DNA from: Hypanus sabinus | Taxonomy: Eukaryota | Length of the DNA: 64,000 nucleotides | NCBI RefSeq assembly: GCF_030144855.1 | Contig: NC_082731.1 | Coordinates: 23,374,001-23,438,000 of the forward strand | Direction of reading: 5' to 3' | In this document: piece by piece, positions 1 through 13,719 of the stretch | Layout: the number at the start of each line of letters is the position of its first letter | Position numbering within the stretch: position 1 is the stretch's first letter | The notes under the pieces: generated by a model | Told to the model about the DNA's origin: nothing | The model's database searches: none | Seen by the model: only the letters and a program-made list of their open reading frames with translations | Made by a program: the position numbers and the translations under genes

Positions 1-751
1 AATCGATTAAAAAATCCATCCGCAGTACGAATATCCACCCCACTCAACAGGAACGCATTAATCACAGACAATCCCACAGAGGCACTCCATTGCTGTACTC
101 CAGCAGAATCCATACCAGCACAGATTTAAACAGGGCAATCACACAGAATACTAGGTAATCCATCCAGGACGTAGCCCCAACAGATTTAAACTTCAGGTTC
201 GCCAAGCTTGCGTTCGTCTAGAGAACCGCCTTTGGCCGCGCCAGGCTGGGTAATCAATTTTGTATGGATGCTGTGTAATGTATCCCAGTAACAAACCCAC
301 AAAGCGAAATATGAGACAATATACTATACACAATTATATGATAGCACTTTATGAATCCTAATCTAAATATAGGATAAGTAACGACAATAAGCATTAAAAT
401 TGTCCAAATTCAAGTCAAAATCAAACTGGAGCTCACGCAATCATTCTTCGACCATCGCTGTCCTCCGAACGTCGCCGTTCTTCGGACCCTCACATCCCTG
501 TCCACTCCGTCCATTGGTCTACCAGCACTCTCCAGACGCGTCTTTCCTCTTCGCCTCTCCTCGAAAAAAGCCGACGAGAGGTCTCAAGATGGCGCTTATG
601 GAGTAAACCGCTTTTGGCTTTGTTCCAAATCTTTTACGTCTTTTTAACCTGCAAACACCCCTTAAATGATCTTTTTTGTACTTATTCTAAAGGGGTTTAA
701 ATATATACAAATTTTATTTTTAACTAATCGATCTGTTTTCAACTCGATGAA

Positions 752-1522
752 ATGTCTAAAGCAAAAGAATCGAAACAGACGAAAGAACCGATAACATTAG
801 AAACTATTGCAAAGCTTATAGAAGATAAATTTGCGGGACTGGAGAGAAAAATTACCGAACAGCTTTTTGCGTTTGATGAGCGTTTAAAATCATTCGAAGG
901 AGTACTTAAAACGCTTTCACTGGAACTACAAAAACAACAAGCAAGTATTTTGGTACTTGAAGAAGCCGCTTGGAAGAAAGAACATATTATCGAAACTCTG
1001 AAACAAGAGCAAGCTTCGACTTCTCAACAGATGGATCGTTATAAATCTAAAATTATTGATCTTGAAAATCGTTCTCGAATGCAAAATCTTCGGCTAATTG
1101 GGATTCCGAAAAAGTTTGAGATCGGTGATCTTACCGTTGTCTTTTCTAAACTTCTAAAAGATGTCTTCGGTTCAGATGTTCTGGACTCTCCTCCAATAAT
1201 CGATCGTGCTCACCGTATCTCTCGCTATCATTCTTATTCAGACAAACCAAGGCATGTAATTCTCCGGATCCATTACCCTCATATCAAAGAGCGACTGATT
1301 CGAGCCGCTCGGAAAATGGGTATGATTAACTTTGAAGAATTCAAATTTCGTATTTAGGAAGATTATAGTCCTGAAGTTTTAAGGGCAAGAATGGCTCTTA
1401 GTCCGGTTATATCTAAATTTCACCAGGAAGGCTACAAGCAAGCGTTGTTATTTCCAGCACATCTGGGAGTTACTTCTGGAGACGGAACTGTTCGGCTGTT
1501 TAAAGCTACAGCGGACCCTTAA
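752..1522 (+). pseudogene. L1 ORF1p (coiled-coil + RRM/CTD), premature TAG at 1355-1357
   Basis: DLENRSRMQNLRLIGIP and IDRAHRI motifs typical of L1 ORF1. Frame continues after the stop as EDYSPEVL... to TAA at 1520-1522. Confidence 0.9.
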
Positions 1523-2357
1523 AGTTTTTTGGAACAATGACACTCTATTGCATTGACTAATGTAATAATTAGCCAATAAATATCGATCTCTTACAGAAGA
1601 ATGGTCTTTTTTTAGGTATGGCTGACATGTATTTTTTATATATTGTAAAAGTTCTCTTTTTTTTGGTCTATTCTGATTTTATTATTTTTTTATATTTTCC
1701 TAATTTATTAACCTTGAAAATAACTGATGAGGGTTCCTTTTTTAAGTTTGTATAAGCTTTTTTTTTATATTTTTAACATTTAAATATTAAGATTTAAAAA
1801 AAACAAAAATAGTAAAATGGCGTTTCTTCTACCCGACAGACTTTAGTGCCTGAAACCACATATTTGTTTTGATGAGTTGAAAGTTTTAAATTCTCATTTA
1901 AAATACTATTTTAGTAGAATTTATTTATGGGTTATATCAATTTATTTTTTTAACCGTTTTGTTTTATATATATATATATATAATACTAATTTTATATTTT
2001 AACTTTTGTTATATTAATCCTTTTTTATAATATGGGTCGTTTGTATTTTTTTCATTTCTTTTATGTCTGAGTTGTCGTCTTGAGACACGGGGGTAATTTT
2101 AATATTAGATTGCCTGCTTGCCTCTTTTTGGCTTTTTCCTGGGGTTTCGAGGGTGGAGGGAGGGGGATTTTTCTTCTCCTTTTTTTTTTCTTTTTGATTG
2201 CTTTTTGCATAGATTTATTTCATGGGCTTGTATGAAACTACAAAAATGTTTGCAGTGCCGTGACTTCCGGTTTCTCCTTGAACCCACTTCCTTCTTCCGG
2301 GTTCATGAGTTCACTTTTTTTTAAACTTATGTGTTAACTGTGATAAATATTGCCAAT

Positions 2358-4462
2358 ATGGATAGGATTATTATTTTTTTTTTGGAATACTAATGATTTA
2401 AATCATCCGATCAAACGGAAAAAAAATATTCAAAGTATTCCATAGAATGAATGCGAATACTATTTTTGTGCAGGAGTCTCATGTAAGGAAGGTGGATAAT
2501 CAACGTTTTTTTAGGGTTTGAAAGGGCCAACAGTATCACGCAAATTCGCGAGCCAAGGTAAGAGGTGTTTCTATTTTTATAGACTCATCAACTTCTTTTA
2601 TACATCATGAAACAATTTCAGATCCACAAGGTAGATTTTTGCTTATTACTGGTCTACTTTTCAATCAAAAAGTTGTTCTAGTTAAGGTTTATGCTCCAAA
2701 TACTGATTGCCCTGAATTTTTTAATTGCTTATTTACATCTTTTCCTAATCTGAATCAATATAGACTGATAATGGGTGAGGATTTTAACTGTTGTTTAAAC
2801 CCTGTGATGGATAGATCCAAGCCTACCCAAACTCTACCGAATAAATCGGCTTCTCTTATTAACTCTTTTATGATTGATTCAGCTATTTGTGAAATTTGGC
2901 GTTTTCTTCACCCTAATGACAAAGAGTTTTCATACTTTTCCCATGTTTATCATAATTACTCAAGAATTGATTACATTTTCATTGATCACCATTTACTCAC
3001 AGATGTTACTGATTGTAAATATGACTGTATTACCATATCTGACCATGCACCTCTGAAGTTATCTATTAAAATAACGGATTCATATGATAATACTAAATTT
3101 TCGAGGTTTAATCCTTTTTTATTGCAGGATTTAGATTTTGTTAACTTTATTAAACAACAAATTGATTTGTTTTTCGCAACAAATTCTACAGTAGAGATCT
3201 CTAGTGGAATTTTGTGGGATACTTTTAAAGCATATATTCGTGGACACATTATTTCAGACTCTGCTGGAGTTAGGAAACGAACTAATTCTAAAATATTAAC
3301 ATTAGTTGATAAAATCAAAGCAATTGATAAAATTTATTCAATAACTCCAAGTAAAGAACTTTATAATGAAAGCGTGGAACTTCAAGTGGAACATAGTTTA
3401 TTATTATCTTCTTCGATTGAAAGTCAGTTAATTAAATAAAAAACTCAATTCTAAATGCATGGAGAGAAGACTGGTAAATTATTGCCTAAACAATTGAAAA
3501 TTGTTTCGGATAAACGACAGATTACTAGATTTCGTAAACAAGATGGTACTCAGACGATCGATCAAAAAGAGATAAATAGAGCCTTTCAAGATTTTTATAA
3601 CTCCTTATATCAATCAGAATTTACTAAGGACTGTTCTATAATAATCGAATTTTTAAGGAAATTGAATATTCCAAAAATAACTGTTGAGTATAATGTAATT
3701 TTAGATACACCTATTACGGAATCTGAAATAGAAAAGGCTATTTCTTTAATGAATTCTGGTAAAGCTTCTGGTCCAGATGGTTTTCCTGTAGAATTTTTAA
3801 AATCTTTTTCTTCTATACTTTCTCCTTGGCTTTGTAAAATTTTTGAAGATGTATTAATTGTAGGTAAACTACCACAATCTTTTTATGAAGCTTCTGTTTG
3901 TTTAATTCTTAAAAAAGATAAAGACCCTACTGAATATGTACCCTATCGACCTATATCCTTATTAAATACGGATTTTAAGATTTCAGTAAAATTTTGGCTA
4001 TTAGATTAGAAAATATAAAACCTCGAATAATTTCTGAAGATCAGACTGGATTTATTAAAAATCGTTATTCATCTTTTAACATTAAAATATTAATTAACAT
4101 TATTTATACTTCTTCATCTAAAATACCAGGATGTTTTATATCTTTAGATGCTGAAAAAGCATTTGACAGAGTTGAATGGCCATATTTATTTACTACAATG
4201 CAACAATTTAATTTTAGTTCAAAATTTATATCATGGATTAAATTAATACACCATAAACCTTTAGCTTCGGTTTTTACCAATAATCAAAGATACACTTTTT
4301 TTCAGTTATTTCGTGGTACGAGGCAAGGTTACCCTTTAAGAACTTTACTATTTGACATTGCTTTACAACTGTTGGCTATAGCTATTCGGGAATCACCTAA
4401 TATTCTGGGTATTACCCGTGGGGAGAGGACATATAAAGTATCTTTCTACGCTGATGATTTGT

Positions 4463-4500
<38 letters not shown>

Positions 4501-6164
4501 GACCCTGAAAAATATATCCCTGCTATTTCGTCTTTGCTTGCTCAATTTAGTAATTTTCTGGTTATAAATTGAATTTTAACAAGAGTGAACTATTTCCATT
4601 AAATATGCAAGTTCCAATTTATAAAGATTTACCATATAAAATTGTTACAGATTATTTTACTTACCTAGGTATTAAAATTACTAAAAAAACATAAAGATCT
4701 ATTTAAGGTTAACTTTTTACCTTTAATTGATCAAATTAAGCAACGTGCTATTAGGTGGTCTCCACTATCTTTGTCATTGGTTGGTAGAGTTAATGCTATT
4801 AACATGATGATACTACCTAAATTCTTATATTTATTTCAAGCATTACCAATTTTTATTCTGAAAGCTTTTTTTGATACTATTGACTCTAAAATATCTTCTT
4901 ATTTCAGGCAGAACAAAAACCCTAGATTGGGTAAAAATATTTACAGAAACCTAAGAAGGAGGGCGGCTTGGCTTTACCAAACTTAAAATTTTACTATTGG
5001 GCAGTCAATATACGGTATTTAATATTCTGGACACAAGAATGGACTATAGCTACTTGTGCACAGTGGGTAAATTTGGAATGTAAATCTGTGTAAGATTTTT
5101 CATTGATTTCAATCTTAGAATCTTCACTTCCTTTTTCTTTATTCAGATTGAATAAACAGATAACTAATCCTATAGTCAGATATACATTACGAATTTGGTT
5201 TCAATTTAGCAATTTTTTTGGTTTGAATAAATTTATTTTATCATGTCCTATAATATCTAGTTATTTTTTAGGCCTTCATCTACGGATCAAGCTTTTCTTT
5301 TATGGAAAACAAAAGGTATATTATGTTTTCGTGATCTGTTTCTGGATGATAACATTATGTCCTTTGAACAGCTATCTAATAAATATAATTTACCTAAAAC
5401 CCATTTTCTTTTAGATATTTGCAAGTTAGAATTTTTTTTGTATAATGAGTTACAGTCTTTTTCGAAAGAATGTCCATTGGACATTACAGATAGAATTTTA
5501 GCTCTTAATCCTTATCAAAAGGGTTTATTAGCCATCATTTATAAGATGATCATGAATTTACAGTTAGATGTATCAGAAAAAATTAAGAAGGAATGGCAAG
5601 AAGAGTTGCATTGTCTTATATCTACTGAGCAATGCGAAAAATTATACTATTGGTAAATTCGTCCTCTATCTGTGCTAAACATGCCCTAATACAGTTTAAG
5701 GTTGTACATAGAGCTCATATGTCTAAGAATAAACAGACTCGATTTTACTCTCATCTTAACTCAACCTGTGATAGATGTCATTCTGATGTTGCTTCATTGA
5801 CTCATATGTTCTGGTCTTGTCCTTGTTTACAAAATTATTGGAAAGATACCTTCAGTATTATTTCTAAAGTCTTAAAAATTAATTCTCAACCACATCCTCT
5901 TACTGCAATTTCCGGTTTACCAATGTCGGATTATAATAGTTTATCTGCTTCATCTCAACGAATGATTGCATTTGTTACATTAATGGCTAGAAGATGGCTA
6001 TATTATTGAATTGGAAAGAAATTTATCCTCCAACGGTATTTCAGTGGGTTTCTCATTCTATTTCTTGTTTGAGTTTAGAAAAGATTAGAAGTGTGCTTTT
6101 TGAACCCTCAGTTATATTTGAAGAAACTTGGAGACATTTTATTCAACATTTTCACATGAGTTGA
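2358..6164 (+). pseudogene. L1 ORF2p (APE endonuclease, reverse transcriptase, C-terminal CCHC), multiple frameshifts and stops
   Basis: VYAPN, GEDFN, SRIDY, SDHAP (APE); GPDGF, YRPISLLN, SLDAEKAFDRVEW, GTRQG, YADD (RT); CDRC...HMFWSC in the ORF track. Confidence 0.93.
4466..4497 (+). repeat. (TA)16 microsatellite inside the L1 RT coding sequence
   Basis: Read directly; immediately follows the YADDLLL codons. Confidence 0.9.
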
Positions 6165-7802
6165 ATTGTCTTTCCTAAACCTTACTTATATTATCCTTAA
6201 TCGATTGGATGGAGGTCCCGAGTTATTGGAACTACTGTATACGTACTTAATATTATTCAATGGCCCATGTTGGTTAGTGTTTTTTTTTTTTTTTTTCTCT
6301 TTTTTTTTGTTTTTTCTCCCCCCTTTTTTTTCTTTTTACTTCTTTTTTCATTATTGTTCTGGGTTTGAGAGGTTATGTATTTTTATTATTATATATCCGA
6401 ATGTCTATTTAAACTATTAATTATGTACTCTCAAACATTTTGTATTCATGTTTCATTTATGTTTGTTTAAAACTAATAAAAAAAAATTGAAAAGAAAAAA
6501 AGCCGACGAAGCAAACATCTTTCGAAGTTCACTAGACACCACAACAAGCTCTTGTTGGTTAACATGCATACCAATAACTCCAGCCATAATTCAAACATTC
6601 CTGCTACAGAGAAAGCGTTCTTTCAGCATGGAACATTACAAAGAATTTATTACATTATCAATAAATCCTTACAGTGCGTTACATTTTAAAATGAAACATC
6701 TGAGAGGGGAAAAGAAATTCTCCTCGGCGAAACCGTCTCCCAGTGTACTTTAATGCTGTTTTGATGCTTTGATGCAGGAGACCATACAAACACTGAAGAT
6801 GCTACGCCTAAAGAGAAAAAAATGAAAAAGTAGGCAACCTCTGTACTGAACTTTGTGTGACGAATGGACTCCTTACCGAACGTATCTCTTACTGCTACTT
6901 CATCACGGCCATCGACGCATATAGCTTTATGCTTGTCCTTGTCAGAGCGGGCATACGGACTCTGCACGTAAGCATCAGAAAACAACGAGACTCTATGCAA
7001 ATCCTTCGTATGGACTCAGAAGTTCTCCTTTTCATCCAGTGTTGAGGCTGGATTACTTTCTCGGGCCTTGCCTCCCCCTTGCTGTCTTAAGCAAAGTTAA
7101 AACATTTTGGTTACCTTCTTACAAAGAATGGAGAACAACGCTGTGCATCGTCGACTACCGTAAGGGTACTTGAGCCCGCAGGTATTAAAGAACGCATAAT
7201 GGTGGTGTCTGACACCAGTGGAGCGATAGCTATTACTATCTAATTAATGGCTTTTAGGTCCTGCACAAAAGGCGACTCATTTCTCCGGCCCGCCTTTGGA
7301 ATAAGTACTATAGAGTTACGCAATGTTGTACCTTCACCAGCACCCCTTGCTGGAATGAGTCAATTATTGAGCGACACCTTCTTCAGCTTCAGTACGTATA
7401 TGCTACTCTTTAATATAGGACAGTGGCACATTCTTTGGTTTATGGTAACTTTATAATCTGGAGTTGTTTGCACTTTTCCCACAAGATTTTTATGTTGAAC
7501 CCTTATGTTTCCTGATAGCCGCGCTACGCTCTACAGCACGTTATAGTGCGGGTCAGTTTGTAAAATGCAATGAAGCTGCTTCTTTTCTCGGCTGCTATTA
7601 ATCAAGTATTGCAGATTTTGGATGTAGAGGTTGGCTCGTCCTATCAATATATCATACAGTCTCTGAACTTGCCAAGCAAAGAGATTGTTATCCATTATCC
7701 AACCGTACAGTATAGGTTCTGAGTTGTCCTTTTTTCGCACATTCATTAATTTTAGTATTTGAGGGACCCTATTTTGAAAATCCTCCATGTAAATTCCTTC
7801 AG

Positions 7803-10800
7803 CTATCGTCGTTGTGGCTATTCCTTGAGGTTGAGGATGATGGTCCTCTATCTGTTGCTCTATTTATGGTTTCTCAAGTGGCTTATGAGTTGTATCTTGG
7901 CTTTGAAAGTTCGTAAACATTCAACACAGAGAGTTCCAGGTGGCAGATCGGGATTTGATTGCTGCTGCTTCTCTTTGCATTTTATGTTCATTTCTTCTAA
8001 TTCTGTACAGCTGTTGGCTTCGAAAGTTGCTATACCTTCTCGGATGATGGCCTGCCAGAGTTTCCTGTCCTAGGCACAGGTTTCCCAATCAATGATGTCG
8101 ATGTTAATTTTCTTCATGTTGGCTTTTAAGACGTCTTTGAATCTCTTCTGTTCTTCACCTCCTCTACTTTTGCATTCTTTAACGTGGGAGTAGAAGATAT
8201 GTTTCGGCAGACCTTCCTCTTTCATCCGAAGAACATGACCGCTCCATCTTAGTTTGTTCTTGATGACGTAGGCTTCAATCCTTGTTGGTTTTGCTTCACT
8301 TAGCATGCTGACATGGGTTCTTCTGTTTTCCCAGCTAATATGTAAGATGTTTTGAAAACAGCTTTGCTGGAACATTTCAAGTGCCTTCAGATGTCATCGG
8401 TATGTTGTCCGGGTTAGTAATACCTACAGGAGTGTTGGGATCACTACTGCTTCGTATACTAACATTTTGGTGTCTGTTCGGATGTCATAATCATGAAAGA
8501 CTCTTGTTCGGTGATGTCCAAAAGCTGTTCCAGCGCATTTAAGACAATGTTGGTTACCATCATTAGGGTCGACATTGGAGGAGAGATGACTTCCAAGATA
8601 GGGAAATTGGTCCACTGTCATGCTCTGGTCGGAAGTCGTCATTCTGGATCACGGTCCGGTTAGCGGACTCCAGGCCCTCTCGCTAACCATTGTTTCAGTT
8701 GAACTTCATCATAAGCACCTGATACTCATCTTGGGGCTGGGAATAGATGTGGCCCTGGGATTGAGTGTGGTTGGGCGTGTTGATGACTTGTCAAGTTTCC
8801 CTGGGAGCAAACTGCTGGTAGAAGGCTAGAACGGCCACTTGCCGTCTTCAGGCCGCGTCTGAGAACCATTGCTTCTTGGATCCTTGCTTTCAGTATTCGG
8901 AGCTGCCATTGCGGTATGGATTCGGCCGTCTCCCGGGCCAGCTGCGTGGCCGCCAGCCACTCCGAGCTAGGTAGGGATGCGTTTGTTTCCGTAGCCAGCT
9001 AAGGTTGCGGGCCGTAACTGGGACTCGAGACAACCCCAGTGCAGAGATGTAACTATCTGTCGTTCTTCGGCGATTGTCTCTCCCTGTCCCGTGAGGTAAG
9101 TCTAGCCGTTCTGCCGTTGCCCTGCGGTGGGGGGGGGGGATCTGTCCTGTCTTCTCTTTGTCTCCATCGGGTAAGTCAGGAAGTTCTGCCGTTACTCGAC
9201 GGAGTGATCTGCCCCACCTTGGTGTGGAGTGAAATTTGAGTCCCGGTTTGTCGAAGGATAGGTCCCGGCTCTATGTCTATGTACTGCCGAGTCTCATGTT
9301 AGTGATTTGATATAGATGAGTCCCGGCTTGTCGAAGGAGAAACCCGGCTCTCTGTTGATGTACTGTTCCTAGTCTATCTCCAAGCATGACCCTCCGAGTT
9401 ATGCAAACCTCAAGACCCCAGCTTCAGGCCTCTAGCCTCAAGATCACAGCATCAAGCCTCAAGCCACAAGAACCCAGCCTCAAGCCTCAATCCCCAATAC
9501 CCCAACCTCAAGAACCCAGGCTTCGTCACGTTTTCACCTGGTTTGGTGTCAGTGTCCGAGTCACGACCCAAATTCTGGGTCCTTGTGCAGTATCAGCCTT
9601 GGAGTCCACGCCCAGTCTCCTTGTTCCCAATCTCTCGTTCTGGTCCTGCTCCCTAGCCTAGTCTGCGACTTATCCCGTTCTTTAGTTTTGTCCCGTCCTG
9701 TTCATAGTACTTCAGTGACTATGCCCTGTATTTTGGTCCATTCCCAACGCCGCCCTTATGACATCCACTTTGTCCAGGCTATTTCGCGAAGATGAATTGA
9801 TTGTTCAATCCAATTTGCCTCAGTTGGTGACGGTTGGTAGATGATCTGAGTCTTCATGGAATTTATTGTAAATCCATCTTTCGTGTATGCACGTCTGCAG
9901 GCAGTCAGAATCTGTTGCAGGTGGTTTTCTGAAAGAGCTGCATCACTGGTATCATCTGCCTGTTGGAACCGATGAGGGAACTCGTGGATGTCATTTATTT
10001 ATTTTTTTTTGGAATGGAGGAGTACAACATTAAAGACTCTGCCGACTGCTCTGTAAAAAAAATTTCGATTCCTTTGTGTAGGTCATTCTTGAAAATGTGG
10101 CTGATTGTCGCATAGAAGATGGCGAAGGGATTTGGGGCAATCACGTATCCCTGTTTTACTCCTGATATACCTTGAAAAGTCTCACAGTTACTATTGCTGA
10201 ATATGACTGTGGAAACCATGCAATCGTGGAGGAGTCTCAGGATTCGAATGTAATTTTCTGTAATTTTCTGGGCATCCATAGGTGGACAGGACATCCAATA
10301 AGAGTTTCCTTCATACCAAGTCAAAGGCTTTGGCGAGGTAGATGAATGTCATGTACAAAGGTTAAAGTTGTTCATGACATTTTTCGTGTAGTTAGCCCAT
10401 TGTGAAGATCATGTCGATTGCTCCACCTAATGGTCTAAAACCGACTTGTGTTTCCGGAAGGATCTTCTCAGCTGAAGGCTTGAGCCGGTTGTTCTTGATG
10501 CGAGTGTGGATCTTTCATGCTGCTGCTAGCTGGGCAATTCCACGAAAGTTTCCGCATTCGGATCCTTCGCCTCTACAGTGCACTGTTGCCCCTAATTTAC
10601 AAACGGTCTGTCGACCAGGCAGCAGAAGCGGGGCGGTTTTAGACATACTGAATGTGTCGTGAATAACTTATCCTCCATTCTATTTTTCTATTTTCCTGCC
10701 CTTTTTTGTCCTTTCGAGTGTGTTTCTTCAGTCATCCCTAGTACTGCTAACATTTCTTTTTAGCTCCGTCAGCTTCAATTCCTCTTTCCTGAGACCCTTC

Positions 10801-11480
10801 TCTCGTTGCAATGATGTCTTCTCCGCTGGGGGTGTTTAGTGACTTAACTTCTGGCATTGGGATTGTAAGGAGTCATGCGGGATGGACCACAGTAGACGAC
10901 GTCATTATGAAATCATTTACTTCACTATTGCTTGCCAATGGGGCGCTGTCCATTAAGGGCAGCTGGGAATCATGTTCCTTGGCAGGTTTCGTTGCATCCC
11001 AAACCTTCTCTGTTTCAGGCTGCTTAAGCTCCTTTCTTCTCTGGAATTTTGGTGTATTTTATCCACCTCCTTACATCGTTTAGAACATGTAATTATCATC
11101 CCAATTTTGGCCGCCATCCCCATTTCGGGTGGCTTCCTCCCAGTTCTGAATTAGTCTTAACTTAAAACTTACCCCATTCGGCCAAACTCCATGTGACAAC
11201 TCATATAAACCTCTACTGAATTTTACCTCACAACGATCAGTTCTGGTTTCTCTGATTATCATATCCGCCGGGGAACCAAGCGGCTGAAGTGTCTTCTATT
11301 TGTGGATAGTGCTGTTTTATCTTTTTAATCTTTTTGGCGATTGTTTTCCTACTTCCAGTTTAGTGTCCAAAGTCTTCGTCTTATCTCCGGATCTCTTCCG
11401 TCTATTAGCAAGTTCAATGCTATCCGATCGACTGTTCGCATTTCCCATTTTTACTGTTTAAGATTTTAGTTTCAGTTTAG
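7803..11480 (-). mobile_element. RTE-clade LINE (decayed), interrupted by a solo LTR
   Basis: Minus-strand ORFs with RWSGHVLRM...LPKHIFY...KRFKDVLKANMK, FPYLGSHLS, GVKQGYVIAP. Reading frame rejoins across the insertion as LDKVDQFPYLGS. 5' boundary approximate. Confidence 0.85.
8616..9763. mobile_element. Solo LTR (~1.15 kb) inserted in the RTE element
   Basis: Termini TGTCAT...ATGACA (6-bp inverted). 5-bp TSD TCCAC at 8611-8615 and 9764-9768. No internal pol. Confidence 0.85.
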
Positions 11481-12196
11481 ACAGCTCGATTTTATATATA
11501 CACACTGTATACATAATGATCGCTCACTGGTGTGCTTCCCCTGTCTTTTCGCAGGTCTCTTGTGTTCGGTAAGTGGATTAAATAGAATAAATTAATTGTC
11601 GAGACAATGCCTGGAAAATGTATTGCTATTTAAAGGACTCAAATCCCAAACTGATTTCACAAGTATATACGCCGCATCAGGAACAAATCCGCTGATGACA
11701 GATAATACATAAACTACACAGAGAGTGTCTTTATGCTGAACTATATATATATATATATGTACACATACACACCAATCTGAATATCAACATGTCATAGATG
11801 AATCAAACTTATACTATGATTTCGGCCTTTGTGCAGAATTGAAGACGGAAGTGTCCCATGCAATGTAGTTCTTCCCATTAAATAATTAGCGGTAGGAGAT
11901 TGGATCGTCTTAATGTTACAGAGGCAAATATCGGCATTGCATTTAGCACTGCAAGTTAAATATGGTCTGCAATGAGATACAAACTGGACAACAGACCACA
12001 GTACCAAATCTATCACTTATACTAACATGTATAGCCCGCTCCAAATCAGACATAATTTTCGAACAATAAACCCATCCTTTCACCATCGTTAAGTGTAATC
12101 CACTGCAAAAACATCACCAGATCACATTGAACTGCACGAAAGTATATGCTCATAAAGAGTTCAGTACTGCATTTCAAAGTAGAATTAGGGATGCAC

Positions 12197-13173
12197 TGTT
12201 ATGAAGGATGAACAGCTCTGATGGCCAGAAGGGTGCAGAGTTGCCCATGCCCCCCCCCCCCCAAGGTTAATCACAAACCGTTACTGTTGCTATGCTGCTA
12301 ATGAGAGACAGTGATGTAAAAGAAGTCATGGGAGAACATCTGCTACAGATAAGGGATAGATAATAAAGGGGAGACAGACTTGTTGATTCAACATATTATG
12401 ACTTCTGAGAGACTTATGGCTTCTGAGAGTGTTATGTATCTTATACCATTCTGTTCTCTAAAATTCCTCAGTGGACAGCCGGAGTGGGCTGGTCTGATGG
12501 ACACAGCCATTGATAACTGATTGACAACTGAGACCACGTTAGTAGGGATGAAAGTGAGGTCTGGGGAGAAACCCGTCAGACACACCAGGAGATACACTAT
12601 TGAGCAATGATTCAGTGTTGGAACACACGGTAAGGTGTGGGGCATCGGAGACCGTAAAAAGTGGTCGGTAAGTTAAATTCACAGTGTTATAGCAGGGCCG
12701 GTGGGGGCTTGTGTGTGTGTCCACTTATGCCAGAGTGACGAGTCCACCACAGAAGAACGGTCTAGCAGAAGGACAGAGCGATCATACCTGAATGGCCATA
12801 AATAAACGACGGATCAAGAACGTAAAGTAAGGTTTGTCTGCTTGTAGCTGTTACTGCTCGCTCACTCTCTCTCTCTCCAACGAGCCCAACACAACCACCA
12901 ATATCTACCTCAGCACGTATGAACTGAACTGCACTTTATACTTTTATATGACAATTCATTATCCCCTAGACATCGATAGAGCTTGATTATTATTGATTAT
13001 TATTATTCCCACACTTTTAGGTTTATTATTGCTAACGTGTATATCTATATATTTTCATTTGTGATATTGATTTGCTTATTTTACTGATAAACACTTTTGA
13101 ATATGGTACCACCAGACTCCAACGGATCCTTCTTTCTCTGCTGGCTTGACACCCAGTTGCGGGTTATCTAACA
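12197..13173 (+). mobile_element. Solo LTR (~1 kb)
   Basis: TGTT...AACA termini. 4-bp TSD GCAC at 12193-12196 and 13174-13177. Internal AATAAA near 12800 followed by a CT-rich tract. Confidence 0.85.
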
Positions 13174-13719
13174 GCACACTGCATTGTACTCTTTTTTTTC
13201 AGGGAAACCGTGATTCTTTAAAAAGATAATTAATTGATAATGTCTCATACCCGCATCATACGTGCGGGTATGATGGCACCGCCTTCCGTGTTGTAATATT
13301 TCTGCGGATATCCTCTGTATTATAAACAGAATCTCAGAATCCTTGTACCAAATAATGAACAGAAATGGGAACAGTCATTAAGAAAGGTGAGGTTTTTCGT
13401 CACAGCGTGCGTGAAAATGCCGTTACTTCGAAACGCTCAAATCTAATTTCTGAACAACTCTCAGGAGGTCTGGGCATTTTTGGGCTGAAATGTTATCAAC
13501 CTGGTCATATCTCTAATCAAATGCCGTGATAAATTACTATCAGTGGCATGTGCTCTGAAATTTATTAACTTAGCAGCAGTTAAATGCAATACAACATGTA
13601 AAAGAAAAAAAAAAACATACATACATACATGAATTACAATTTTCTTATATTTAAGTTAATTCTACTTATATTCAAAATAGATTACTGATTGCGCAAAAAA
13701 AGAAATAAAATATAATAAA

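Larger units (their letters stand above)
578..6495 (+). mobile_element. Full-length, decayed L1-clade LINE with 14-bp target site duplication
   Basis: Starts GAGAGGTCTCAAGATGGCG, ends AATAAA plus A-rich tail. AAAAAAGCCGACGA flanks both ends (564-577 and 6496-6509). Contains ORF1 and APE/RT/Cys-rich ORF2 remnants. Confidence 0.95.

Noticed and set aside
1-6608. Possible LTR (TGT at ~274 to ACA at 6608) hosting the L1
   Set aside because: No matching TSD at the candidate ends, so the boundaries are unsupported.
6995-7002. Perfect Ig octamer ATGCAAAT
   Set aside because: No leader or V exon nearby; an 8-mer is expected by chance roughly once per 32 kb on two strands.
12670-12720. CACAGTG heptamer
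   Set aside because: Inside a solo LTR, with no nonamer at 12 or 23 spacing.
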